From contig JAZSNU010000011.1 in assembly GCA_045536565.1 (NCBI GenBank), positions 49,335-113,334 on the forward strand: a DNA stretch of 64,000 nucleotides, written 5' to 3'. Of this stretch, positions 37,485 through 47,317 are shown piece by piece (within the stretch, counting starts at the first letter, position 1; each line of letters starts with the position of its first letter). The notes under the pieces were generated by a model. It was not told where the DNA came from. It saw only the letters and a program-made list of their open reading frames with translations, and made no database searches. Origin of the DNA: Clostridia bacterium (GTDB lineage: Bacteria > Bacillota > Clostridia > TANB77 > CAG-465). Made by a program: the position numbers and the translations under genes.

Positions 37485-38330
37485 ATGTGTAAAGATCAAA
37501 ATAAATATAAACTAAGTGATGAAGAACATGAAAAAAGGTATAAGACGATTGAGAAACGTGTATTTAGGAAAAAAATTAATGTTGATTTTCCAATTGCAGT
37601 TGTGGTAGGTGGTCAACCTGGTTCTGGAAAATCAGTTTTAATAGAACAAGGAATGCTAGAAATTGGAGAAGATAATACCGTTGTTATAAACGGAGATGAA
37701 TATAGGAAGTATCATACTAAATCAAAAGAAATATTACAAAATGATGAATTAGATTATGCGTTTTATACAGATGCAGATGTTAGGGATTGGACTAAATCAT
37801 TGTTTGACAAAGCAATTGATGAAAAATTCAACTTGGTTTTTGAAGGTACAATGCGTACAAAAACGATTTGTGATACATTGAAACGATTAAAGGAAAAAGG
37901 ATTTGAGGTTAGAGTTAAAGCAATGTCAGTTAATGGATTAGAAAGCTATTTATCTACACTTATTAGATATGAAGAACAAAAAAATGCTGACGGACATGGA
38001 AGAATTACTCCTTCAAAATCTCATTCTGATGCATATACAGGAATGCTAGACACATTAGAAGAAATTGAAAAACAAGGATATTTTGATAGTTTAGAGATAA
38101 TTACTCGTGCAGGAGAATGTGTTTATTCTCATACTTCAAACGGAGAAGTAAAGAGTAAGTATAATATGGGGATAAAAGAAACATTAACAAAAAGCAGAGA
38201 GGAACAATTACCAACACTTGAAAAGGTTAAAGAACAATTAGAATGGCTTACTAAATCTAAGGTGAATAGAGGTGAAGAACCTTATGATATAGGTGAAATA
38301 TTAAATATATTAGACGAAAAACAAAAATAG
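37485..38330 (+). CDS. Zeta-toxin-family P-loop kinase
   Basis: Walker A GGQPGSGKS, a catalytic-Asp region INGDEYR and an EGTMRT motif, which match zeta/PezT signatures GGQxGAGKT, xNADxFR and EGTLR. RBS GAGGGTGG is upstream. Confidence 0.65.
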   Translation: MCKDQNKYKLSDEEHEKRYKTIEKRVFRKKINVDFPIAVVVGGQPGSGKSVLIEQGMLEIGEDNTVVINGDEYRKYHTKSKEILQNDELDYAFYTDADVRDWTKSLFDKAIDEKFNLVFEGTMRTKTICDTLKRLKEKGFEVRVKAMSVNGLESYLSTLIRYEEQKNADGHGRITPSKSHSDAYTGMLDTLEEIEKQGYFDSLEIITRAGECVYSHTSNGEVKSKYNMGIKETLTKSREEQLPTLEKVKEQLEWLTKSKVNRGEEPYDIGEILNILDEKQK

Positions 38331-38391
38331 TATGTACAAATTATGTAAATTATGGTATAATATATTAGGAATAATAAATATGGAGGTAATT

Positions 38392-38622
38392 ATGAGTAAT
38401 AACGAATTAATGAGAAGGGATGTTGCAATTGAAATAATTGCAGAAATGATAGCAGATAATTCAATAAAGCTTGAAACTGAAAAAGATGAAAATCACATTA
38501 AAGAATTGGAAAGTAAAATTGAAAAATTTGAGAGTGAAAGAAAAAAAATATATTTAGGTGACAAAGAAACGATAAACTATGTAATTGATGTTTATGGTTC
38601 ATACCTAAAAGAGCAAAGATAA
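38392..38622 (+). CDS. Small acidic coiled-coil protein (77 aa) immediately downstream of the zeta-like kinase
   Basis: I set the start at the ATG at 38392, preceded by GGAGG. It is followed by terminator atagagctact...agtggctctat at 38625-38662. Confidence 0.4.
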   Translation: MSNNELMRRDVAIEIIAEMIADNSIKLETEKDENHIKELESKIEKFESERKKIYLGDKETINYVIDVYGSYLKEQR

Positions 38623-38862
38623 CAAAAATAGAGCTACTATTAATTTAGTGGCTCTATTTTTATACAACAAACTCCATATTGTTTTTGCTTGTCTTGTAGA
38701 TAGAAGGTGTTCAAGGTTTTTAATAAATTATATTTATTTAATTGTTGTATAAATTATATAATAAAATAAATTTTACATAAAAATCTAGAAAATATGAATA
38801 ATGTGTAGAAAAAAATATTTTTTATGATATAATAATATGTATTGAAAAGAAGGGAGCATACA

Positions 38863-40302
38863 ATGAAAAATAATGAATTTGTTAAAGAAATTACAAATAT
38901 AGAAGATGATTTTGCAAAATGGTATACAGACATTGTTATAAAAGCAGATTTAGCAGACTATACAGATGTAAAAGGATTTGTTGCAATTAAACCGTATGGT
39001 TATGCTATTTGGGAAAATATTCAAAAGTACACTGATGAAAAATTCAAAAAAACAGGTGTTAAAAATGTATATTTTCCAGTATTAATACCAGAAAATTTAT
39101 TAAATAAAGAAAAAGAACATGTAGAGGGATTTGCTCCCGAAGTTGCTTGGGTAACAACTGGTGGACAGGAAACTCTTGAAGAGAGATTGTGTATTAGACC
39201 AACATCTGAAACAGTATTTTCTACATTGTATTCAAAATGGCTTAAATCTTGGAGAGATTTACCATTCGTATATAACCAATGGTGTAATGTACTAAGATGG
39301 GAAAAAGAAACAAGACCATTTTTAAGATCAAGAGAATTTTTATGGCAAGAAGGTCATACAATACATGAAACAGCAAAAGAAGCAGAAGATAGGACAATGC
39401 AAATGCTTGATGTATATGCAGATGTTATAGAAAATGTACTTGCAATACCAGTACTTAAAGGTAGAAAAACAGAAAGTGAAAAATTTGCAGGAGCAGTTGA
39501 TACATATACAGTAGAAACATTAATGCATGATGGAAGAGCACTTCAAGCTGGTACATCACATTACTTTGGGCAAAACTTTACAAAACCATTTGATGTTAAA
39601 TTCCAAGGTAGAGAAGGAAAAATGGAATATCCATACCAAACTTCTTGGGGAGTTAGTACTAGATTAATTGGTGCCGTTATAATGGCACATGGAGATAACA
39701 GAGGACTAAAACTTCCACCTAAAATAGCACCAACTCAAATAGTAATAGTACCTATTGCTATGAATAAAGAGGGCGTTTTAGAGAAAGCAACAGAAATATA
39801 TAATGAACTTTTAGAAAAAGATTATAGAGTAGAATTAGATTCAAGAGAACAAGTATCACCAGGATATAAATTTAATGACTGGGAAATGAGAGGAGTACCA
39901 GTAAGAATTGAAATAGGACCAAAAGATATAGAAAATGGTAAATGTGTAGTTGTAAGAAGAGATACAGCAGAAAAAATACCAGTTGAACTAACAGAGTTAA
40001 AAGATAAAATAGGAAGTATACTTGATGATATACAATCAAATATGTTTAATGAATGCAAAATAAGAGTAGAAGAAAAAACAACAGTTGCAACTGATTTAGA
40101 TGAATTTAAAAAGAACTTAGACGAAAACCAAGGTTATGTAAAAACTATGTGGTGTGGAAGCGCTGAATGTGAAGATAAAATTCATGAACTTACAGGTGCA
40201 AAATCTAGATGTATTCCATTTAATCAAGAACATATTTCAGATAAATGTGTTTGTTGCGGTAAAGATGCAGATACAATGATTGTATGGGGTAGACAATATT
40301 AG
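38863..40302 (+). CDS. proS: Prolyl-tRNA synthetase, archaeal/eukaryote-like type (no editing insertion, C-terminal Zn domain)
   Basis: I set the start at the ATG at 38863, preceded by AAGGGAG. Class II motifs are present (FRSREFLWQEGHT, GTSHYFGQNF). The C-terminal CxxC...CxxC domain ends in ...WGRQY with the conserved terminal Tyr. Confidence 0.85.
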   Translation: MKNNEFVKEITNIEDDFAKWYTDIVIKADLADYTDVKGFVAIKPYGYAIWENIQKYTDEKFKKTGVKNVYFPVLIPENLLNKEKEHVEGFAPEVAWVTTGGQETLEERLCIRPTSETVFSTLYSKWLKSWRDLPFVYNQWCNVLRWEKETRPFLRSREFLWQEGHTIHETAKEAEDRTMQMLDVYADVIENVLAIPVLKGRKTESEKFAGAVDTYTVETLMHDGRALQAGTSHYFGQNFTKPFDVKFQGREGKMEYPYQTSWGVSTRLIGAVIMAHGDNRGLKLPPKIAPTQIVIVPIAMNKEGVLEKATEIYNELLEKDYRVELDSREQVSPGYKFNDWEMRGVPVRIEIGPKDIENGKCVVVRRDTAEKIPVELTELKDKIGSILDDIQSNMFNECKIRVEEKTTVATDLDEFKKNLDENQGYVKTMWCGSAECEDKIHELTGAKSRCIPFNQEHISDKCVCCGKDADTMIVWGRQY

Positions 40303-40311
40303 AAATATTTA

Positions 40312-40348
40312 AAATATAGCAGTAATTATTATTGCTATATTTTTTTTA
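40312..40348 (+). terminator. Rho-independent terminator after proS
   Basis: aatatagcagtaat tatta ttgctatatt followed by T8. Confidence 0.7.
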
Positions 40349-40478
40349 CTTTTAATTTAGTTTTAATGTTGTCAAAATATGTCGAAACTTGCTTAAATAT
40401 CTGTTAAATACTTGCAGTATTTTGTGTGTTTTGATATACTTTAAGTATTAGATTAGGAGCGGAATTGGGGGAAATATA

Positions 40479-43400
40479 ATGGAGAATAAATATGGTTTAA
40501 CATTTCCACAAAAAAACATATTACTTGTTGAAGAGTTTTTTGGTAAATCACCAATAAATACCATAGTTGGTATATTTGAAATAAACAAAGAATTTGACAA
40601 AGAAGTATGCGAAAAAGCTGTAAATAAAATGGTAGAAGTAAACGATGCGTTAAGAATAAAAGTATTCAAAGAAAATGATAATACATTTCAATATATAGAA
40701 AAGTATAATTATTTTAATGTTGATTATTTTGATTTAGAAAATGAGAATGCGGAAAAAAGAAAAGAATTAGAAAATGAACTTACTACAAAACCATTTGAAA
40801 TATTAAATAGTCCGTTATATTATTTTGCAATTGTAAAAACAGAAAAAGATAAAGGACATATTTTTGTTAAACTACATCACCTAGTATCTGATGCATGGAC
40901 ATTTGGTAATGTAGCAACTCAGCTTGCTGAATATGTAGATATGTATACAAAAGGTGAAGATAATGAGATACAAAAGCCATCATATCTTGAATTTATATCA
41001 ACAGAAAATGAATATATATCTTCTGAAAAATTTACAAAAGATAAAATGTTTTGGGAAGAATATTTAGAAGGCTTTGAAGAACCAGTAGGTATAAAAGAAA
41101 ACAACAATAAAACATTAATAGATGCTAAAAGATATACTGTAAGATTAGAAGAAAAACTAAATAATGATATAAAAGAATTTTGCAGGAGAAATAGAGTATC
41201 TCCATATACTGTATTTATGAATGCACTAGCTATATATTTACATAGAGTAACTGAAAAATATGATTTTGTAATAGGTACACCAGTACTTAACCGTTCTAAT
41301 TTTAAAGAAAAGAAAATGATGGGAATGTTTGTAAGTACAATGCCTGTTAGATTTAAAATAGACGAAAAAGAAACATTTTTAGAAATGTGTAAAAAATCAA
41401 GCAGCGAAACGATGTCACTTTTCAGACATCAAAAATATCCTTATTCTATAATGCTGCAAGATTTTAGAGAGAAAAATAATGTAAGCAATAATTTATATGA
41501 AGTAATGATATCTTATCAAAATGCTAGAGCAGAGTATTCTGATAATGAAAAATATTCTAGCGATTGGATATTTAGTACCAAGGTACAAGACCAATTTGCA
41601 ATACACATAATGGATATGGATGAAACGGGAGTACTAGAAGTACATTTTGATTATCTAGTAGATTTGTTTGAAGATATAGAAATAGAGTATATTGCAAAAA
41701 GACTGTTTACTATAATTGACGATGGAATAAACAACAACAAAACAATAGAAACAATAGAAATAATGCCAGAAGAAGAAAAAAACAAAATATTATATGAATT
41801 TAATGATACAAAAGTAGATTATCCAAAAGATAAAACTGTTATAGACCTTTTTGAAGAACAAGTACAAAAAACACCAGAAAATATAGCAATAGTGTTTGAG
41901 GGAAAAGAGTTAACATATAGGGAATTAAGTAATTTTATAGATAAAATTGCATATACACTCAAAAAAAATAATATAAATATAGGTGATAATGTTGCACTTG
42001 TTTTAAAAAGAGGTTTTGAGATGATAGCATCTATGTTTGCTATTATGAAAATAGGAGCATGTTATATACCGATTGATGTAGAATTTCCAAAAGATAGGAT
42101 AAAATACATATTAAATGATTGTAATGCTAAATTAATAGTTACAAATATAGATAATAACGAATACGATTTAAAAGTTTTAAACTTAAATTCTGTACAGGAT
42201 GAAATTCAAGAAAAAGTAGAAAATGAATGTGCATTAGAAAATAATATATACATGATATATACATCGGGGTCTACTGGTAATCCGAAAGGGGTAATTATAA
42301 AACAAAAGAATGTCGTGAATTTGTTATATTCAGCGATAGATGCAGTTGAATTGTATGATAATAGGAATACATATTGTGCATTATCAACATATTCTTTTGA
42401 TATTTCTGTGCTAGAAATATTTTTATCTTTATGTTTTGGACATAAATTAATTATTGCTAATGAAAAACAACAAAAAGAACCATTAGAATTACGAAAATTA
42501 ATAAAAGATAATAAATGTGAAATATTTTTTATGACACCAACAAGAATGCAGATATTATTGAGTGGCGAGGATAGTATATATTGTTTAGAATATGCTAAAT
42601 GTATTATGCTAGGAGGGGAAGCATTTCCTAAAAATATATTTGATAGATTAAGTAAAAATCATAAAATAAGAATATATGATGGATATGGACCAACTGAAAT
42701 AACAGTATGGTCATCTGTAAAAAGAATAACAAATGGTGATGATATTAATATAGGAAAACCACTTAATAATACAACTGCATATGTATTAGATAAAAATAAT
42801 AGATTATTACCTATGTATGTAGAAGGTGAATTGTGCATAGGTGGTTTAGGTGTTGCTGAGGGATATTATAACAAAGATACCTTAACAAGCCAAAAGTTCA
42901 TTATGTTCAATGGAAACAAGATATACAAATCTGGTGATTTGGTTAAAATGAATAGTTTGGGAGAATGTGAATTTTTAGGGAGAATTGATTCACAAATTAA
43001 ACTACATGGATTGAGAATAGAATTAGAAGAAATTGAAAAGGAAATAAATTCGTTTGATAATATAATTCATACAGCAGTTATTGTTGATGAGAAGGAGCGA
43101 TTGGTAGCATATTATACATCAGATGAACAAATAAATGAAAAAAAATTAAAAGAATGTATATCAAAAAAATTACCTAAATATATGGTACCAAATTATTTTG
43201 TGAAAGTGGACAGATTTGAAACTAATTCAGTGGGTAAGATAAACAAGAAAATTTTACCAAAATTGGAAATAAAGAGAAATGTATCAGAAAAACCTACTAG
43301 TAAAGTTGAGAAAACAATAGCAAAAGCAATATGTGAAATATTAGACTTGTCTGAAATAGGCATAGATGAAGATTTTTTTGAATTAGGATTAGATTCATTG

Positions 43401-44759
43401 AAAGCTATCGAATTTATAAGTAAATTATCAGTTAAAAATATATCAGTAGCATATATTGATATTTTTAAAAATAGTAGTGTAAAACAATTAGCAAGTTTAG
43501 TAGAAAGTAAAAAAATAGAATACAAAATATTAGATAAAGATGTTGAAATAGAAAAAGTATTAGAAAATAATAAAAAAACAGAAAGTAAATTAAAAACAAA
43601 AGAATTAGGAAATGTTTTATTAACGGGTGCAACTGGATTTTTAGGTTCTCATTTATTAGCAAACATAATAGATACAACAAACAGTATTGTATACTGTTTG
43701 GTTAGAGGAAAAAAAGAAGTTCCACCTGAATTAAGATTGAAATTAGTTTTACAGGAGTATTTTGGAGAAAAATATTCTGATTGTTTAGGAAAAAGAATTA
43801 TAGTAGTAGAAGGTGATATAGAATTACAAAATCTTACTAAGAAACCAGAAAATAGAATAATTTTATTAAATAATATTGACACAGTAATTCATTCTGCTGC
43901 TAATGTTAAACATTTTGGTGATGATGAAGCATTTTATAAGGCTAACATACAAGGTACTAAAAATATAACTGATTTTTGTGTTGAATATAATAAAAAACTT
44001 ATACATATTTCTACATTGAGTGTGTCAGGAAATATTTTAGAGGGTGGACATATTACTCAAAAATATATTAATGAGGAAATAGAATATGATGAAACGAAAT
44101 TAAATGTTGGACAAAATCTAGAAAATATTTATGCTTTCTCTAAATTTAAAGCAGAAGAATATGTAATAAGAAAAATAAAAAATGGATTGAATGCAAAAAT
44201 AATGAGAATAGGAAACATTACAGGAAGAATGAAAGATGGGAAATTCCAAATAAACGCAAATGAAAATGCATTTGTTGGAAGAATAAAATCTATTATTGAT
44301 ATGAGAATGGTACCAAATAATTTATATGATTTTGATATTGAATTTACACCAGTTGATAAATTGTCAGAAGCTATTATTTTGCTAAGTAAAATAGAAAACA
44401 GTAATAATGTATTTCATGTATATAATATAAACCATGTGAAGTTAAATAGATTTATTGAGATATTAAATAGTATTGGATATCATGTAAGTATAGTTGACAA
44501 AGAAAAGTTTGCCGAAAGAATATTAGAAATAAAAAAAATGAATGAATTTAAAACTATAAGTGGTATCGCAATAGATTTGGATGAAAATAACAACTTACAA
44601 TATGAAACAAATATAAAAATAAAATCAGAAAGTACATTAAATATATTGAAGAAGTTAGGATTTAAGTGGCCAGAAATATATGAAGAATATATTTGTAAGT
44701 TTATACATGAATTATGTGTTAGAAATATAATTGATAAGGGGGATAAAGATGAAATTTAA
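40479..44759 (+). CDS. Single-module nonribosomal peptide synthetase: condensation (starter-type) - adenylation - PCP - terminal thioester reductase (C-A-T-R)
   Basis: C domain: LTFPQKNILL, HHLVSDAWT (HHxxxDx). A domain: LTYRELSNFIDKIA (A1), YTSGSTGNPKGV (A3), YDGYGPTE (A5), GELCIGGLGVAEGY (A6), YKSGDL and GRIDSQIKLHGLRIE (A7/A8), LPKYMVPNYF (A10). PCP: LGLDSLKAIE. R domain: LLTGATGFLGSHLL Rossmann and YAFSKFKAE (YxxxK). RBS GGGGGAAAT is upstream. Confidence 0.85.
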   Translation: MENKYGLTFPQKNILLVEEFFGKSPINTIVGIFEINKEFDKEVCEKAVNKMVEVNDALRIKVFKENDNTFQYIEKYNYFNVDYFDLENENAEKRKELENELTTKPFEILNSPLYYFAIVKTEKDKGHIFVKLHHLVSDAWTFGNVATQLAEYVDMYTKGEDNEIQKPSYLEFISTENEYISSEKFTKDKMFWEEYLEGFEEPVGIKENNNKTLIDAKRYTVRLEEKLNNDIKEFCRRNRVSPYTVFMNALAIYLHRVTEKYDFVIGTPVLNRSNFKEKKMMGMFVSTMPVRFKIDEKETFLEMCKKSSSETMSLFRHQKYPYSIMLQDFREKNNVSNNLYEVMISYQNARAEYSDNEKYSSDWIFSTKVQDQFAIHIMDMDETGVLEVHFDYLVDLFEDIEIEYIAKRLFTIIDDGINNNKTIETIEIMPEEEKNKILYEFNDTKVDYPKDKTVIDLFEEQVQKTPENIAIVFEGKELTYRELSNFIDKIAYTLKKNNINIGDNVALVLKRGFEMIASMFAIMKIGACYIPIDVEFPKDRIKYILNDCNAKLIVTNIDNNEYDLKVLNLNSVQDEIQEKVENECALENNIYMIYTSGSTGNPKGVIIKQKNVVNLLYSAIDAVELYDNRNTYCALSTYSFDISVLEIFLSLCFGHKLIIANEKQQKEPLELRKLIKDNKCEIFFMTPTRMQILLSGEDSIYCLEYAKCIMLGGEAFPKNIFDRLSKNHKIRIYDGYGPTEITVWSSVKRITNGDDINIGKPLNNTTAYVLDKNNRLLPMYVEGELCIGGLGVAEGYYNKDTLTSQKFIMFNGNKIYKSGDLVKMNSLGECEFLGRIDSQIKLHGLRIELEEIEKEINSFDNIIHTAVIVDEKERLVAYYTSDEQINEKKLKECISKKLPKYMVPNYFVKVDRFETNSVGKINKKILPKLEIKRNVSEKPTSKVEKTIAKAICEILDLSEIGIDEDFFELGLDSLKAIEFISKLSVKNISVAYIDIFKNSSVKQLASLVESKKIEYKILDKDVEIEKVLENNKKTESKLKTKELGNVLLTGATGFLGSHLLANIIDTTNSIVYCLVRGKKEVPPELRLKLVLQEYFGEKYSDCLGKRIIVVEGDIELQNLTKKPENRIILLNNIDTVIHSAANVKHFGDDEAFYKANIQGTKNITDFCVEYNKKLIHISTLSVSGNILEGGHITQKYINEEIEYDETKLNVGQNLENIYAFSKFKAEEYVIRKIKNGLNAKIMRIGNITGRMKDGKFQINANENAFVGRIKSIIDMRMVPNNLYDFDIEFTPVDKLSEAIILLSKIENSNNVFHVYNINHVKLNRFIEILNSIGYHVSIVDKEKFAERILEIKKMNEFKTISGIAIDLDENNNLQYETNIKIKSESTLNILKKLGFKWPEIYEEYICKFIHELCVRNIIDKGDKDEI

Positions 44760-46473
44760 TCTAATGGCAGGGATTTTATTATCAATATTAACAGTAATAT
44801 TATTGGTAATTATTAGTATGAAAAAAATAAAGGGGAAAAATGAGATACATTATAGATTTAATAGATTTTTACTTTTATTAGCAATTCCATTTATATCTTT
44901 ACCTTTGCAAATAATTTTTGAGGATATTATAAATCCAATATATTTTGATTATGTTACATATATATTTACATTTTATGGACCAATAGAATTATTATTTGCA
45001 ACAAGATTATATAAAGATAGTAAAGCGGATAATAAAAAACTTAAATTTTTATATATAATTTCAACCGTACTACTAATATTGTTATGGACTAATGATTTAC
45101 ATTATAGTTTTTATGAAGTATATTCTACAAAATTTAGTGAAACAATATACGGCCCTATATTTTATATTGCAACTATATATTGCTATATAATTATCATACT
45201 ATCTATGATAATAACATTAATATCTTCAATAAGGCGTTCGGGATTTTTCTCAGCACAATCACTTATAATTATTTTTGGGGTATTAGTACCGGTAGTAGGT
45301 AACATATTGGGAGTTACAAAAATTATAAATATGACAATTTATATAACACCTATTTTACTAGCAACAACTGCAATTTGTTTTTATATTGCGATAGTAAAAA
45401 TGAAAGCACTAAATGTTATACCAGTTGCTGTAAAAACAATAATGGATACAATGACAGATTCGTTTATTGTAATAAGTAAAGATGGAACAATAGCAGATAT
45501 AAATAGAACATGTATAGAAAAGTTTGCACCTTTAATGGAACTTAAACAAAATGATAATTTATATGAAAAGTTAGAAGGAAGAAAAACAGTAAAACTTGCT
45601 GATATAAAAGCGTTAGTTAAAGAGGCAAACGATAAAAAAGGAACTGTAACATCTGAATTTCATGTTGTAAAAGGTGATTATGATAAGTATTTTGAAATAG
45701 ATGTTCAACCTATAAAAGCAAAGTCTGGTAACGAATATGTAGCATCATTACTATTAATTAGAGATATAACACAAGCAAAAAGAGATATGGAAATAATGAC
45801 TAAAAATGAAAATCTAGTAATACTTGGAGAGCTTGCAGGAGGGGTGGCACATGATATAAATACACCTATTGCGGCAATCAAAAATGGAATAATGATGCTT
45901 AAAGATACCGTCGCTACTGATAATGAAAAGATGTTACTTACTAGAATGGATAGCTGTGCGGATAAGATAATTAATCTTGTAAACAGTATGAGAAATCAAA
46001 TAAGAAACATTGGTAGTGATGAAAAAACAGAAGTTAATATTTCTTCTGTTATAAACGATACATTGATGATTGTTCATAATGAAACGATGAAGAAAGGTGT
46101 TAAAATTAACCTTAATATAAAAGATGAATTAAAGGTAATGGGAAATGCTACTAAACTAGGACAAGTAATAACTAATTTAATCATGAATGCTATACAAGCA
46201 TATGAAAATAATCCTGGTATGATAGATGTAGATGTGTATAAATCTGATAAAAACCAAGCTATGATTATTGTAGAGGATTATGCAGGTGGTATACCAGAAC
46301 ATATAAGACCACACATATTTAAAAATATATTAACAACAAAAGGTGTATCAGGTACTGGTTTTGGTCTATATCTAGCATATTCAGTAATAAAAGGTGCATT
46401 TGGTGGAGATATGCATTTTGAAACCGAAACTGGAAAAGGTACAAAGTTTGTTATAAGTATACCGCTTAAGTAG
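44749..46473 (+). CDS. Orphan sensor histidine kinase (multi-TM sensor, PAS, HisKA, HATPase)
   Basis: I set the start at the ATG at 44749 (GGGGG RBS), which overlaps the NRPS stop by 11 nt. It has about 7 TM helices, a PAS-like segment, an H-box LAGGVAHDINTPIAAI, and N/G boxes NLIMNAIQA and GTGFGLYL. No response regulator is adjacent. Confidence 0.75.
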   Translation: MKFNLMAGILLSILTVILLVIISMKKIKGKNEIHYRFNRFLLLLAIPFISLPLQIIFEDIINPIYFDYVTYIFTFYGPIELLFATRLYKDSKADNKKLKFLYIISTVLLILLWTNDLHYSFYEVYSTKFSETIYGPIFYIATIYCYIIIILSMIITLISSIRRSGFFSAQSLIIIFGVLVPVVGNILGVTKIINMTIYITPILLATTAICFYIAIVKMKALNVIPVAVKTIMDTMTDSFIVISKDGTIADINRTCIEKFAPLMELKQNDNLYEKLEGRKTVKLADIKALVKEANDKKGTVTSEFHVVKGDYDKYFEIDVQPIKAKSGNEYVASLLLIRDITQAKRDMEIMTKNENLVILGELAGGVAHDINTPIAAIKNGIMMLKDTVATDNEKMLLTRMDSCADKIINLVNSMRNQIRNIGSDEKTEVNISSVINDTLMIVHNETMKKGVKINLNIKDELKVMGNATKLGQVITNLIMNAIQAYENNPGMIDVDVYKSDKNQAMIIVEDYAGGIPEHIRPHIFKNILTTKGVSGTGFGLYLAYSVIKGAFGGDMHFETETGKGTKFVISIPLK

Positions 46474-46501
46474 TAGTACATAAAGTTGGAAGGATATAAA
46501 A

Positions 46502-47248
46502 ATGAAACTTTTTTTAACTAGCTCCATAGGAGCAACAAAACATGAGAATGGAAAAAGAGTTCCTGCAAGAATGGATAATAGAAATTTATTTGTGGATAAT
46601 TTAAAAAAGGCAATTCAGGGAACAAATAAATTAGTATATATATCGGGTAATCCTGACTATAACACAAATGAAAAAGTAAAAATATGGTTTAATAATACAA
46701 TTAAATCATTAGAATACGAGAATATAAGATTTAAAGAAAATATATTTGTGGATTATAAAAATTCTAATAATATTTCTGATATTATAAAAGGGGCAGATAT
46801 AATTTTCTTATCGGGAGGAGCGCTACCAGTTCAAAATAATTTTTTTAATGAAATTAATTTAAAAGAATATATAAAAGATTATGATGGTATAATTGTAGCA
46901 CAAAGCGCCGGTTCAATGAATTGTGCTGAAAATGTTTATATTTGCCCAGAAACCTTAGAAGAAGTAAATAATATAAATTTCATTAGGGAAGCAAAAGGTT
47001 TAGGGCTTACCAATATAAATATAATTCCACATTATAATAGCAATAAAGAATTTATGTTTGGCGCAAAGAGGTTTTATCAAGATATTATATATCCAGATAC
47101 TTTCAAGTTTTGTATATATATATTAACGGACGGTTCATATATATATATAAACGAAAGAGAAACTGTTGTATATGGTGAGTGTTATGTTTTTTATAGAGGT
47201 ACTATTAAAAATATATGTTCAAATGGTAACGATATAATATTAGATTAG
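46502..47248 (+). CDS. Peptidase S51 (dipeptidase E/cyanophycinase-like) family protein
   Basis: IIFLSGGA and the nucleophile region VAQSAGSM match the S51 Ser-His-Glu peptidase fold. Terminator 47255-47290 follows. Confidence 0.55.
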   Translation: MKLFLTSSIGATKHENGKRVPARMDNRNLFVDNLKKAIQGTNKLVYISGNPDYNTNEKVKIWFNNTIKSLEYENIRFKENIFVDYKNSNNISDIIKGADIIFLSGGALPVQNNFFNEINLKEYIKDYDGIIVAQSAGSMNCAENVYICPETLEEVNNINFIREAKGLGLTNINIIPHYNSNKEFMFGAKRFYQDIIYPDTFKFCIYILTDGSYIYINERETVVYGECYVFYRGTIKNICSNGNDIILD

Positions 47249-47317
47249 TAAATAAGAAATTCATGTATAAAACATGAATTCTTGTTTTTATATAGTAAAT
47301 AATATCAAGGTGAGAAT

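Noticed and set aside
39822-41107. Minus-strand ORFs in proS, the NRPS start region (40448-40669) and the NRPS (40919-41107)
   Set aside because: Antisense to motif-rich synthetase sequence.
43193-43882. Three minus-strand ORFs in the NRPS PCP/R region
   Set aside because: Antisense. They are Phe/Leu-rich complements of Lys/Glu-rich coding sequence.
44731-44748. ORF-track start (44731) for the histidine kinase
   Set aside because: The ATG at 44749, preceded by GGGGG, gives a conventional MKF... N-terminus. The upstream extension lies inside the NRPS coding end.
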